Positions 44,237 to 60,515 of a DNA stretch of 64,000 bases are shown in pieces. The translations under genes and the position numbers were made by a program. The notes beneath the pieces were generated by a model. The model was not told the origin of the DNA and ran no database searches. It worked only from the letters and a program-made list of their open reading frames with translations. This DNA is from Eledone cirrhosa (Eukaryota): positions 33,666,001 through 33,730,000 of the forward strand of contig OZ024746.1 in the NCBI GenBank assembly GCA_964016885.1. The letters run 5' to 3'. Position 1 is the first letter of the stretch; every line of letters starts with the position of its first letter.

Positions 44237-47200
44237 ATGACCTCACTCAGAATAGGCAGGATAAATGCGCATGGCTTGGAGTCGTCATGGAAGCAGGGCC
44301 ACCTGCTCAACGGCCTCAGGTCAGTAAACATAGATGTAGTGGCCATCGGCGAGACCGGAATATCCGAAGCACGGGCCTTCACACCGATCTTCGGCGGCTC
44401 TGATGTGTACTCATCTCTCAGCCGTCGCTGATCGGGGGGGGGGGGAGTTCCTATGCCTTTTCGGAGAGGTTTGGATCTCACCATACGGGCCATCTTCCTG
44501 GACCCAGAGGGTAAGTTGGTGGTCCTGGACGTGACCAGCGGAGACGGGAAAACTTTCAGCATAGTGGCCGTTTATACCCCGACAGGAGCATGGCGGCCTG
44601 ATTTCTTCCGGCGTCTGGAGACCTTTCTTGGATCGTCCCGCTCTTTAGTGTTAGTGGGCGACTGGAACGGGAGCTTAGATGCACGCTGGGAATGTGTTGG
44701 TTTAGCGGATAGGGTAGGAGGGTGCAAGAGCTTCACCAACCTGCTCAGGCACTTTGAACTGTCTGACACATACCGATTGGATTTCCCGAATGCGCCAATG
44801 TGGACTTGGACAAATCCCATAGGATCATTCAGATCATATCTAGATAGAGTATTTTGTAGGGAAATAGATATGTGTAGCATAGGCTGTCCACAATTAGAGA
44901 TAGTCAGCTACACGGACCACAAATTCGTGATCTGTATGCTTGACATAGATAGGCTTCATAGACGAGGACCCGTCTACTGGAAGCTAAACGCGACCTTACC
45001 AGCGCGCAAGACCTACAGAGACCGGATTAGCGAACTAGTTAAGCGGGTGTTGACGGGGGCCATCGTCAACAACAAGTGGTGGTTTGCTCTGAAAAGAGCG
45101 ATTAGAAAAGCGTCCATTAGGTTTAGTAAGGCTTTAGCATTAGAGAAAGATAGAGCTGTGGGTGAATTAGTTAGAAAATTAGACGAGGCGCTTAGCAAAG
45201 GCATCGCGACCGACGTACTTGTGCGAAATTGGCCCTTGACGAATTCTTCAATGCAAAGCACGAAAACTGCGTTGTCAGAGTTAGGGTGCGTGCTCTCAGA
45301 CACGAGGGGACGAAAGCCGTTCAATGGGCCCGAGTGGCGGAGGCGCGTCTTGGCAAGAAGCCACGATCCGGTCTTTGGTGGACCACGACGGGCGCATGCT
45401 ACTCGATACCGGGCAAATGTGTGAAGCTTTTCAGCGATACTTTGCACAGCTGTTCGGGGGCAGCGGCGGGCCAGATCGAGGGATGGACTTTAGTGTCTAC
45501 CTCGACGGACTGACGCGGCTCTCGGCCACTGAGGCGGAGTGTTTGCGAAAAGCCGATAACAGCCGCTGAAGTATGGGAGGCAATGGCTGGCTCCACAATG
45601 GGTAAATCGCCTTGTTTGGATGGTCTGCCCTATGAGCTTTACGTGCAGTTGCCAGCCTTGTTTGGAGTCCTCTTGGCGGATATCTACTGCAACTGGCAAC
45701 ATCACGGGAGAATTCCTAGCTCTGTGAGACGAGGAGCTGTGGCGCTGCTGAGAACAGGTCCGAACAAGGGGGATAACATAGATAACTTTAGGCCCATAAC
45801 TCTGCTAAACACAGAGTTCAAGATTTTGGCCAAGGTGCTAGCAAAGAAGTTGGCGCTTGTCGTTGGCGGTCTGGTGGGAGAGGCGTAGACATGCGCCATT
45901 CCCGACAGATCCATCCACGACAACCTCCACCTCATTCGATACATCGTTGGAGGGTAGCTAGGGAACCTGGCACAGGTGGGTCCTTGATCAATTTAGATCA
46001 GTCGAAAGCTTTCGATAGGGTCGACCATCGTTAACTAGCGGCAGTCCTGAGGGCGGCTGGCTTTGGGCCCGTCTTCAGAGGCTGGATCGCTGCCTTGTAC
46101 AGCAACATCTGCTCTGTGGTGAGAGTGAACGGTCACCTTTCGGAACCGTTCAACATCATGCGCTCGGTCCGCCAAGGATGTCCCCTCTCGTCCTTCTTGT
46201 ACGTATTGACTTTCGAGCCATTACTGCACAAACTGGAGACGTTGAGGGGGCCCGCGCTAACTAGAATGCGGAAGATCCGTTCAGCATATGCGGAGGCTGT
46301 CACCGTAGTGGTGTCCAACGCCAAACACATCGAGGCGATTGGCACTACACTAAGAGAATACGAAGCGGTGACAGGAGCAATGATCAACCACGAAATGTCA
46401 GTGGGCCTGCAGCTCAGCACCTGGAGGAAACAGGTCCATGCCGTGCAACAGCGTTCTCGGGCGCTGGACGGACGGACCGGTTAAATTGCTAGGGGTCTGG
46501 TTCGGTCCGCACCTTCAGACGGACAAAAACTGGGACGTAGTGACGAGCAGGGTGGCTTCTCTCACCCAGAAATGGACGGAGAGGAAGCTGTCCCTGAAAG
46601 GTCGAGCGGAGGGGTTAACGCGTACATCGCGTCCGTCATCTATTACCGCCTGACCATCGTACCTTGACCTAAGCCCCGTCTGACTGCACTGGAGCTTATG
46701 CTCTTTCGCTTTTTGTGGAAGATACGCGCTCCGATGGCCAGGCGGTCCATCTGCTGACAACGCCCGCTACGTGGAGGGCTGGGCATGGCGTGGCTGATGA
46801 TGTGCACACACGCGCTCAGGCTACGACATCTCCACCTCTTCCTCGACGGTGCTCAGGTGGGATCGCCGTTTGCTAGACGCGTCTTTCCCCAGCTGGTCTC
46901 CTGACGGAGCTGCAATCCTGGGCAAAGCCCGGACCGAGAGGGAGCGCTTGGAGACTGGAATGTCTTCAGGCGCTCACAGCCATCGACCAACCGGGCAATG
47001 TGATCGGTGGAAACTCCACCTAGAGGATTAGTGGAAGGCAAGAGCGACGACTTACTTGGGGAAACTCTAGGCGTCGACGAAAATCAACTAGCCAATCTCT
47101 TCGGAAGAATTTCGGGCCTGGGCCTATGGACAACTTCCAGAAATCTCTGGCAGTGCTACAGAGCAGCTTTGCCAGTTCGGGATAAATTCTACAGGCATGG

Positions 47201-47636
47201 AAGTGCCGTCAGCCGGGCATGTACGAGATGTACGCAGGGCGACGAAACCGTCCTGCACGCACTCGTCCAGTGTCCGAGCATTGCTGACTTTTGGGTTTAT
47301 GTCGAACACTTGCTGCCGCGTTTAGGGCGGATCCAGCTATCAGCTGAGTCCATCGTGAGGATTGCCACGCCCTCTTCCTTTAGCCGGGAAGTGCAGGCAG
47401 TTTTTATCTGTCTGGTGGCCATGGCGAAAGAGATAGTATGGTGGACACGTTTGAAAGGGTTGAAGACGAGCACTTACCTCTTCGGTGATGCCCTGATTAA
47501 CTTTTTCAAATTTCATTTGAAAAGAAAAATCAGGGTAGAGAGAGAAGTGTTCTCTTCCCAGCATTTTGTTGAAAGATGGATGAGAGAGGCAAGCATGGCC
47601 CGAGTGAATGGGCCTACTCTGAGTATGTGTCTGTAA
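44237..47636 (+). pseudogene. LINE ORF2 (APE endonuclease, reverse transcriptase, C-terminal zinc finger), multiple stops and frameshifts
   Basis: INAHGL, DVVAIGET, LVGDWN, SYLDRVF, YTDH, YWKLN; GKSPCLDGLP, NFRPITLLNTEFKILAK, VRQGCPLS, SAYAEA; CTRC...ETVLHALVQCP. Confidence 0.92.
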
Positions 47637-47914
47637 ATTAAAGGTGGAAAACTGGGAGAAGGCACTTGCCCTGGTGGTCAGGGTCACTGTGGCCTTTTAA
47701 TGGGCTTTCTCCACAAATGTCCCTCGGACGTCTCCCCCCTATTGGGGAATTTTTCATTGTTACTTTTTGGTACTTCCTATTTTTTTTTTTTTTTTACACG
47801 CAGAAATGCCCATTTGTACCGTCCTGTATGTCCTGTACTGTCCTTAATGTCTACTTTATGTAAACCCTTGTGGTTAATAAAGAAAGCATTATTATTATTA
47901 AGATTATTATTATT

Positions 47915-48275
47915 AAAAGCAAAAATGAAACGAAATTTCATTTCCCACTCTTAGTACAGCTGTTACTTAAATATAAGTATGTACACGTACATACATATAT
48001 GTATACAGACGTACAGTAGTATGTATATATATATATATACATACATGCACACATATATATATGTACGTATGGATTCACCGAACATTTATTATAATGGTCG
48101 GTGTGTTTGTAAACAAACATCACGTATTAAGCCGTAGTGTCTAGCAACCATCGTTGCTCGCTTGTTCAACACTGACAAAGGAACGTTGTACTAGTTTCAA
48201 GCTTATTAGCTATCATCAGCAACGTATACCTTCCTGCCAGATTGTTGAACGTATATACTTACCTTATGCACACCA

Positions 48276-48328
<53 letters not shown>

Positions 48329-48699
48329 AGACTTCGTTATATATATATATATATGTTTAACCCACTCGATATGCAAATTGGGCTACTCAGCCGTTAATAT
48401 GCATAAGGTAAGTATATACGTTCAACAATCTGGCAGGAAGGTATACGTTGCTGACGATAGCTAAAAGGTTGAAACTAGTACAGCGTTCCTTTCTCAGTGT
48501 TGAATAAACGAGCAACGATGGTTGCTGGACACTACGGCTTAATACGGGGTGTTTGTTTACAAACACACCGAGCATTATAATAAATGTTCGGTGAATCCAT
48601 ACGTACATATATATATGTGTGCATATATGTAAATATATATATATACATACTACTGTACGTCTGTACACATATATGTATGTACGTGTATATACTTATATT
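47915..48699 (-). mobile_element. Fold-back PLE end in (TTA)n with two hammerheads (48183-48225 -, 48445-48486 +)
   Basis: arms 47970-48269 / 48400-48699; acgttg-CTGAYGA-tagct..ag.tt-GAAA-CTAG-TA-ca.cgt. Confidence 0.85.
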
Positions 48700-48727
48700 A
48701 TTATTATTATTATTATTATTATTATCA

Positions 48728-48825
<98 letters not shown>

Positions 48826-48950
48826 ACGCCTTTTTAATGTGAAACCAAATATCCATTATTCGGACACCACAACAACAATTCATTAAATGAAGTCAACCCT
48901 ATATACTACTGTCAGACGAATGGATAGAGCTACACCTCTAATGATCTATA

Positions 48951-49017
<67 letters not shown>

Positions 49018-49161
49018 TATTTAAAGGTTAAACAAGGTTCAATGAATAAATCAAAGAATTAGTTTTACAATAGATTGGAAGCACTCAACGGTTTTGGTTT
49101 TCCTGAGTTATTAATATTAATTCAAAATATTAACAAAAATAGAACGTGTTGTGATCAAGTA

Positions 49162-49228
49162 TATTTTATTATACATATTTCAAAGGTACTGGGCTAACTT
49201 CAACAGTACGCCCTCATCAGATAAAATA
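49162..49228 (-). ncRNA. Type I hammerhead in a PLE end (about 49021-49270)
   Basis: reverse complement tattttat-CTGATGA-gggcgtactg..cagtaccttt-GAAA-T-ATGT-A-TA-ataaaata (8-bp stem I). Confidence 0.8.
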
Positions 49229-49271
49229 AGATGATGCTTGACATACCCTGACATAGTAGATGGTTAAGATC

Positions 49272-49574
49272 CGATCAAATTTTAGTTTAGAACATTTATT
49301 AGTTGACATCTATTTCTTCCAGAGGGAAGTCTGGAATCATCGGAGCATAAGGAATGTCGAAAACATGTAACTAGAATCCTAGTCATGACTACGATAGTAG
49401 TTACTTGTTTTCGACATTCCTTATGCTCCGATGAAACCAGACCTCCCTCTAGAAGAAACAATTGTCAGCTAATAAATGTTCTAAACTAAAATTTGATCGT
49501 TTTAACACTTTGTATTTCGGCTCAGTAAAACACTTGAAAATTTGGATTGAGCCTTTTGTCATCCCGTAACCGTC

Positions 49575-49575
<1 letters not shown>
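49272..49575 (+). mobile_element. Fold-back PLE end (49272-49499) with C4-variant hammerheads (49302-49346 -, 49425-49469 +)
   Basis: gct-CCGATGA-(ttccaga/tctggaa)-GAAA-C-AATT-G-TC-agc then taataaa. Confidence 0.85.
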
Positions 49576-49889
<314 letters not shown>

Positions 49890-50275
49890 CATTGTATGCA
49901 AATATAGCATAATGGCTAACAAGGTATCCGGACTATAAAAATTGCTTTGCGTAAAAAATGTAGTAGATGTTATTGAATATCATCGCCTCTACAGATGGTT
50001 ATACGAAATGAAACCGTATAAGGAAATAAAATACATTGATATTTATGCATTTGTGTGAAACGGAATATCTTAACATAATATCGAAGCAAAATTGTGTGTT
50101 ATTTTGTAATGAAATATTCCACTTTCCTTTCATTCTTCTTATGTTATATCATTGAATGTGTTGATCCCTTATCTACCCTTAATATTTCTATGATATCCTA
50201 CCAGTTTAATGTTCACATATACACCTACATAAAGACAGACAAAGGCGCATCCCTAACAAACATATACTTATATAC

Positions 50276-50348
<73 letters not shown>

Positions 50349-50370
50349 AATATATAAATGTGTGTCTGTG

Positions 50371-50973
<603 letters not shown>

Positions 50974-50987
50974 TATATATTTATGTG

Positions 50988-51022
<35 letters not shown>

Positions 51023-51193
51023 GGGGGGGAGAGGGAGACAGAGTCAGCTAAATAAAGTGTTAATTTTTATTAGGAATTATGCGATTATACTAAAGTTATA
51101 TAGGTGTATAGTATATATATAAAGTCAAATATATTTTCTACTTAATACATATTTCGATTTTACGGACAGAAATATATATATATGTATGTGTGT

Positions 51194-51284
<91 letters not shown>

Positions 51285-52685
51285 CGTGTGGGTGTGTGTG
51301 AAAGAGTGAAGAATAACATGGTTGGCTGTACAAAAAGGGCTTTATTTACAGAATTAACTATTGTTTCATTGATCAGAGTATCAGAGGAGTCTAAAGCCCG
51401 CTAATCACTCGAAATTGCGTTAGCCGACCTTAAATATAGTGTGTGTTTCTGATCAAATCATCGGAATACTGTTTTAACACCTGGCATTTGTATTCATAGA
51501 TACATCGGTGAATCAAGTGAATTAAAACAATAACATCAATAATAAAATATAACAATAAAGAAGTAAAAATGAAAATGATAAAGATGTAAAAAAGCTAGCC
51601 ATAGAACAGAGTACTTACAACCTCTAACTGGATTACCTAAAACGATAACGTGTTATCCCATATATATATGTATATATATATATATATCTGTCGGTGTGTG
51701 TGTGCGTCAATTAAAACTTATGTGAAAACAGATGACCGGTTTCCAAATATTGCAACGTTTTCATGTGTAAAGACTAAGTAATAAAGTAGTGAATTACAGC
51801 AAACCTGAAGAGAGAATATATTTGATTCTGAGGTGAAACGCCTGTCAGTGTAACTGCTATGGCAAACTGTCAACAAATGTCTTGCACCATGATCTCATGG
51901 CATAAGCAGCCCGTAGAAATACGTATTGGGATTTTGACATTATTATAGAAATATGTGGCATCAGGACTTCTATGTAAATGCAATGAAATATCATAACAGC
52001 GAATAGAAAACATCCAACCAATTTCTTTTTAGAAACATACATACGCACGGGTTTTTAAAAACTTTCAAGCCAGAAAAATCTGTGCAATTTTATAAATACT
52101 TGCCGTAATGCAAGAAGAATAATAGATATTTGTAAAGAAAGAGATAACATCTTGACCAAAAGAAAAGTATCAAACATATGAATCTTTCATGCAATTATTT
52201 CAGAGTATGTTGTATTAATTAATTAAATGCCATCGGTATATCTCCAGGGCATTAAATAGTTTAGTTCTACAACCCGCTGATTATGAAGAACAAATAGCAC
52301 ATACACAAACACGCACACACACACACACACACACAGCAATACACATACACACATACACACACATAAAAACACGTACACACACGTACATACACGCACACTC
52401 ACAAATATATATATATATATAAATTTATATATATGGGTGTGAGTGTGGATTAATGTGAGTATATTTATATTATGTATTTGTGTACGTATCACACCTTTTT
52501 TTCTCGCATTCTCACTATATCTCCCATTTTTATTCACACTTTCTCAGTCTCCCACTCTCTTTAGTTATATATATATATATATATATATATATAACGAAGG
52601 AAATGTGGCAAGGAACCAGGTGGACCATAACGCACCAAAGTACTCAATACTTGAGGTAGTAGAGTGGGTAATAGGAACCAGTAAG

Positions 52686-52779
52686 ACCCCGACAGCTGAG
52701 CTCAAGCCGTTTCGACGGCTAATTCTGGACTAAATGAAAATGTATCCTGGTATTTAAATAGCCGATCTTCTCAAGGGGT
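52686..52779 (-). ncRNA. Type I hammerhead with U3-A8 core (UUGAGAA) in the 3' pLTR
   Basis: acccc-TTGAGAA-gatcggcta...tagccgtc-GAAA-cggc-ttgagctca-gctg-TC-ggggt. Confidence 0.75.
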
Positions 52780-53846
52780 AATTCCATATATGGTCAAAGT
52801 GATTGTCAAAAATCAGTAGTAATTCTGTGGTTGCAAATTAGTAGGGGAGATGGTGGCTAAACCTGCCAGTAGGAGAAAGAGGGGAGGGGGTGGAGTAGAC
52901 CCAAACAAGCGTTGGTAGTGCCAGCTGCAGCTGGGCATGAGGTCAAAGAAGATACAGGGGAGGGAGAGGGGGAGGAAGTCGGAACGGTAGGTAGAACAAT
53001 GGGGGGTAGAAATATATAGGAAAGAAAAAATACTGAGAGTGAAGAAAAGCAAATAAGTGTAAAGAAAAGAGTAAAGTAAATTCTACGACCTAGGTTTCTA
53101 GCTATTGTTAGGCTAGAATAAATAAATAAAGAAAGAAAGAAAGAAGTAAAGAAAGAAATAAAGAAATAACGAAATAAGTAAAAGAACTAGGTGGGACGTA
53201 ATAGGCAACGACCCTTTTAAGAGGTATAAGTACGTAAATGATACGGTGACGGGTCAACAAAAGGGGCCAAAATACTAAAGAGACTACCACGAAATAAACA
53301 ATAAAGGTTTCCATCCCGGTCACAATGCCAGCAACCACCCAGTGCAGCAAAGTGAACTAGTACGAGATAATAATTCTGAGTCCCGAGAAAAATATATACT
53401 AATGCTAACTCTAAAAGATCTAAAACAAGCTACATGAAAGTTCGTACGAAGTAAAGGTAGAATACGGAAAAATAAATTCAGAATCCACCCCGCCCAAAAG
53501 AAAAGCGAAGAAAGAAATACTGAAACGAAAAAATAAGGCATAAGTGCCACTAAGAAATATAGAGGGCACAGAGAATAGTGGGAGCGGTCGGAAAAAGGGG
53601 ACAAGTATCCGGGGTCTAAACCAACTGCTATAAAGGGCGGAGTCCGCCAAATCTATCATAGACTAGGGGAGGGGGTGGGGGTACTAAGGCTACAAGGGGC
53701 CAAAGGGCAGCCTCGGGTGGGCGAGAAAAGACGCCGACAAAGGAGAAGAGCTGGGGTAGAAGGACTAAGGAGAGAGGGGGGAAGGAAATAAAGGAAGCGA
53801 TAAAAGAATACAAAGAAAATCTTACGTCTCCCTTGGCAAGCAGGGG

Positions 53847-55727
53847 TTACCCATTGCAAAATCGGCAAGTGGGGTGTAATAGCCCTACTCTACCCCCCGG
53901 GTCATTATGGGGTTTGAGGGCGAGGTAAGTCCTACGCAATCTATGTTTACATGCAGTAACCAGTTCATCTTTCTTGTTTAGGAGTTGGTCCGTCGAAAAC
54001 AGCATTTGTAAAGTTTCCTCCGAGCATAAATTGCACGGACGGCGTCCTCCCGTGTAAGAATTGGCTCTGGACAGTAATCTCCAAGTGAGATCATAGGTGA
54101 TGTTGTTGTCCTTGAGGTCCCATATGTGGCCCGAAAGTGTAGTGGCGTGACGCCGGGCCGGGTTTCGGAAGGTATGTCTATGTTGGTATAGCCGGGTCTT
54201 GAAGTCACATGCGGTAAGTCCTATATAGGCTTTGTTGGAGGTATCCGTCCTCACGTTGCACTGGTAGATCACATTACGGTCTCTGCATCTATTGTCGAGT
54301 GGGCAAATGGATCTATCCGGGCAGTTACACCTCCTGGTCGGTTCTCCACTGCTATTTAGGTTATTTCTGCCATCGGGGTTGAGTTTTTTGTTGTTAGAGG
54401 AGACGATGTTTTGTGCGAAGTTTGGTGTAGTGCTGTAAGAGAGTTTGATGGTATTTTTGTTAATTATGTTGTGGTAGCGGTGTTGTAATGAGAAGTGTTT
54501 TTCAATGAGCCTAAAGAATAGTTTCCCGATGGGAGGTGTCACCTCTGCGTTGTGGGGAGGATTGAACCATGTTACATTGCGTGAGCGGCGGTGTCTCCTG
54601 CTGGTTCCGCTAATGGGAGCTGGACAGTAGGATATTTCCTCCCGGAAACCACTCCGCTTGAGGGCCTGGTTGTAATAAGGCGCATGTTCATCGAATATCC
54701 GCTCATTAGCTGACAAACGGGATATGCGGAGGGAGATGTTTTTGACCAGGTTGTTTGTGATGTTCCTAGGATGGTTTGATCGGCGGTGGATGTAGTGAAG
54801 ATTGTCATTAGGTTTCCTGTATGGGTAGTACAGGTCGTTTTCGAGGTCGAGGGTCACGTCCAGGAAGTTTACTCGGGTCAGGGACGTTTGTAGGGTTATT
54901 TTAAATCCCCAGTCGCGGAAGAATCTGATTAATTGTTTCCGGACCCGATCTGTACTACTGGGGTTGTACCCTTTAAGGGTAAGGAGCCCTTCATCACGGT
55001 ACAATCCACCACCGAATGCAGGAAACATATCAGTGAGTTTGGCTATTAGGAATAATCCTATAAGATCTGTGACCTCCGCCGAATCCGTGGCGCCCATGCT
55101 GACGTCGAAGGGTGAGTCGGGAGCTCTTTTTATCCATTTAGAGTCGTCAAAGAGTAAGACTGTCTTCCTGGCGTGGAGGATGATTTTTCTTTCCTGGTCG
55201 GTGATGGGCACAAGTGTTTCGGCGAAGTCCAAGGCGGCAGTAAGTAGCGGTAAGGTGATTGAAGCATAGTAGCTCTCTATGTCGAACTGTATGAATTTAG
55301 TTTCTCGTTTATCCTCCATATTGCTGAACCAGGAGATTACTTCCTGGGTGTTGATCCATAGGCTAAGTCGGGTGTGTTACTTGACTTTTGGTATTACGCG
55401 GTCTAGGATTTTTTTGCTGATTCTCCCTATGTCGGACTTCGTTGGGTTAATAAGCCTGATAGAGGGTTTACGGTCAAACTCGGATTTATGGTCCTTCAGT
55501 GTGAAGTATGGTGTCCGTGGGTCTAGAGGTTCCGTGCGGTCGGCGACCCCGAGGCTGGAGGTAATTTGTTGTCCATCTCGATTTATGTCCTCGATGCAAG
55601 AGTGGTTGGCTTTTTTATAGGTGGAGTTAAGGCTGCTCCTGATCAGTGTGTGGTATCTGTCAGGGTTGACAAAGTATAGGTTCCCAGTTTTATCCGAATG
55701 CACCATGATGTCATTTGTGTTATCATA
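53847..55727 (-). pseudogene. PLE reverse transcriptase + GIY-YIG endonuclease (N-truncated, one in-frame stop at 55377)
   Basis: TLKDHK, IRLINP, QFDIESYYASI, DVSMGA, LYRDEGL, NFLDVTLDL, YRKPND, SNHP; CNCx4CPLxxxC; VIYQC...AYIGLT..FKTR...H; CNLC..E; LLNKKDEL..CKH; ORFs 55377-55706 and 53847-55319 share a frame. Confidence 0.95.
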
Positions 55728-56441
55728 CTTTTGGGCGGGGTGGATTCTGAATTTATTTTTCCGTATTCTACCTTTACTTCGTACGAACTTTCATGTAGCT
55801 TGTTTTAGATCTTTTAGAGTTAGCATTAGTATATATTTTTCTCGGGACTCAGAATTATTATCTCGTACTAGTTCACTTTGCTGCACTGGGTGGTTGCTGG
55901 CATTATGCCCGGGATGGAAACCTTTATTGTTTATTTCGTGGTAGTCTCTAGTACTTTGGCCCCTTTTGTTGACCCGTCACCGTATCATTTACGTACTTAT
56001 ACCTCTTAAAAGGGTCCTTGCCTTATCCGTCCCATCTAGTTCTTTTACTTATTTCGTTATTTCTTTATTTCTTTCTTTACTTCTTTCTTTCTTTATTTAT
56101 TTATTTATTCTAGCCTAACAATAGCTAGAGACCTAGGTCGTAGAATTTACTTTACTTTTTTCTTTACACTTATTTGCTTTTCTTCACTCTCAGTATTTTT
56201 TCTTTCCTATATATTTCTACCCCCCATTGTTCTACCTACCGTTCCGACTTCCTCCCCCTCCCCTGTATCTTCTTTGACCTCATGCCCAGCTGTAGCTGGC
56301 ACTACCAACGCTTGATTGGGTCTACTCCACCCCCCTCCCCTCTTTCTCCTACTGGCAGGTTTAGCCACTATCTCCCCTACTAAATTGCAACGACAGAATT
56401 ACTTCTGATTTTTGACAATCACTTTGACCATATATGGAATT

Positions 56442-56535
56442 ACCCCTTGAGAAGATCGGCTATTTAAATACCAGGATAAATGTTCATTTAGTCCAGAATT
56501 AGCCGTCGAAACGGCTTGAGCTCAGCTGTCGGGGT
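56442..56535 (+). ncRNA. Second copy of the U3-A8 hammerhead, in the inverted pLTR
   Basis: same motif as 52686-52779 read on the + strand. Confidence 0.75.
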
Positions 56536-56545
56536 CTTACTGGTT

Positions 56546-56624
<79 letters not shown>

Positions 56625-59040
56625 GATTCTTTCATAATAAGCATAAGTAAAATGTGACAGAAAAGGAGGACCAGTCACTTGTCGGCTCAGTAGAAGAGAT
56701 ATTAGAATGTCAGATATAATACTTTGCGGGACTCGAGCCGCTAAGCCCTCATACTTCAAATCTTTGGTGTTCGATATTTCGGGGTGTCAATTTTAATATC
56801 TATAATTTTTCTCTCGCTACCACCTCTTTATCACACATTTTTGTAAGAAATCGGCCGTGTTTAACATGTCCAAGAATCGCTGTCTCCCTCTCTCTCCCTA
56901 TATATATATATACATACAGTTGCTTGCCATAACTGCATCCCGAAACCTAAGGTCACCCATACATGTTAAGTGTATTAAATCTTAGTTATACTAAACATGC
57001 TCTCGTGCAATAGATTGAACACTTTTCATTGGTGTATTACTTATGGAAGACCTGCACACACACACGCACACACCCAATCACGTACACGCACAAATACATA
57101 CACAAACGCACACACACATAAATCTATATACATTTATATGTGTTTAGTTCAATAATTTTGAAAGTTTCCGGCCAGCATATATATATAATATTAAGTTAGA
57201 CATGGTCTGGCCCATTACTGACAGAAACCTTACAGCTTCTTGCTGTCCTGATGTCTCTATAAATGCCCGATTATTAGTTTTCGGATAACTGGTTCTTAAT
57301 CGAAACTAATTAATGTGGAATTCAGACTCTGCCACGACTGCGTATTGTCACACTCTTCTTCATTAATTTTATGAACAATATTGACATGTGCAATCGGGTT
57401 GGAAGAGGTATCCCGATTGGCGGTTGTAAAATCAGTCTGCTTTTTGAACTTCGTTTTGAACTTCATAGGTCTAATACCGAATGCACAGAACACTTTCAAT
57501 ACATTAGATACAAAATAAAATAAAAAAAAGAAGTGTTCTATTATGCATAGAAATGCGATCAGTGCATCCGGAAATCATGGAATCTAAACCTACCTACTGA
57601 AATGATCGTGGTTTTCCATTTTTGCCTTCCATTTCCAAAACAACAACTATGGATCTAATCATAATTTTTAACAAAATGAAACAAATTTGCATGATAACCT
57701 TTTACAACGTTAAATATGAATGAAATAGGAATTATATTTGTTAAATTTAATATAATCTTACACTGTCATTAAGATCTATAAATGTTGGCATATATTAAGA
57801 ACGAAGGGTAATTCACAAAGATCTTGCTAGTAATACTTGTTTTAGAAGTAATGTATTCAATGTAATTATACAGAAGATCAACATTTTCTATGGAACTATT
57901 TTAGCGAATTCATTGATCATAGTGCGAAACTAATGTTTTAGAGAAAACCGATTAAATGAAATAAAAATTGGATTAATGATATAGAGAAATTTGACGTGAG
58001 AGATGGGAATATATAAAGGATGTTTATAACTACATTGTGAAAATTTCTGTAACTTTATAGACAGCATATATTGTTAATAAAGAACATTGTAATTAATAAA
58101 AGGTATTGAATGTGTCAGATATTTCAAGAGACAAACATATAACATATATATGGGTGTTGTGCATTATATTTGAATATGTAACGCTGAAACACAAGATTAT
58201 ATGTCTGTCTACACAATGTAGAATATATAGACGAAATAAAACGGAAATGCGCGTAAACAATATAATCTAATAGTGTAAGATTCCTTAAAATATAATATAT
58301 AATTCATGATAACATTAAATAAGTATTTTCGCGTTAGTTGCCACGTATTGCCCGTATAAGTACAGTAAACAGTATAAAATAGACAAGATTTTATAAAAAA
58401 AAACAAAAAAGAAACACCCAAAATAACCATGGCCGATTAGAATTTAGCCGTTTAGTATTTAGAAACCTTTCGAAGTGAACAGGTGAAACTCGTTTTAAGA
58501 TTAAAAGTTCTTCCAATGGAATCGGTAGTCTGAGACATCTGCCATGAATTAACAACTTCCGTGAATCGTAAATCTTTGCGCAGGCGAGAAAGGTTTTCAA
58601 TTTTGGGACGTTGTCATTTGCACTTTTTAATTGTTCGATCCTTCAAGTTTTATAAACCACATATTACTCTCATGTGTCGATATCTAAGAATATGATTATA
58701 AATTTCAATATTCCTCATCGTGAATAGCAGCATATTTTGGCTAATGCGATTCTATCAACTGGGAGAACATTTTCGGTTGATTAAGAGATCTCCTATTACT
58801 TCCAAGTTTGTTTTCCTACTCAGGGATCGGAAACAATTGTTTATATTCATTTCAACAAAGCAAAAGGGATGTGTACCTCTTATATTGTGCATGTGGTTAT
58901 ATTATAGACTTCCGTTTGAATCCGTACATCTATTAACTTTATAAAAATTTGTAAACGATGGAGCATTTTCTTACTAAATTCTATCGTATTGGGATTTATG
59001 TTGTTTAAAATATATTATAATTCTTCTAGTTCAAATAGTT

Positions 59041-60515
<1,475 letters not shown>

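Larger units (their letters stand above)
42477..47887 (+). mobile_element. Decayed near full-length L1-clade (Tx1-like) LINE
   Basis: ORF1 with CCHC knuckle and ORF2 APE-RT-zf, all frameshifted; 3' aataaagaaagc then (ATT)n; 5' boundary uncertain (42160-42540). Confidence 0.9.
52593..56547 (-). mobile_element. Penelope-like retroelement (Naiad-like), 5'-truncated, with inverted pLTR
   Basis: RT-GIY-YIG ORF; about 820-bp inverted repeat 52674-53500 / 55728-56547; 81-bp tail 52593-52673; (TA)n on both sides. Confidence 0.95.

Noticed and set aside
51800-51852. CTGAAGA...GAAACGCCTGTC hammerhead-like motif
   Set aside because: The core is intact but stem I does not pair in register; left uncounted.
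54964-55944. Plus-strand ORFs overlapping the PLE (and minus-strand ORFs over the LINE at 43-47 kb)
   Set aside because: Antisense shadows of GC-richer retroelement coding sequence.
52593-56547. Long terminal inverted repeats suggesting a DNA transposon
   Set aside because: The interior encodes RT + GIY-YIG and the repeat is asymmetric (81-bp tail), which fits an inverted PLE pLTR.
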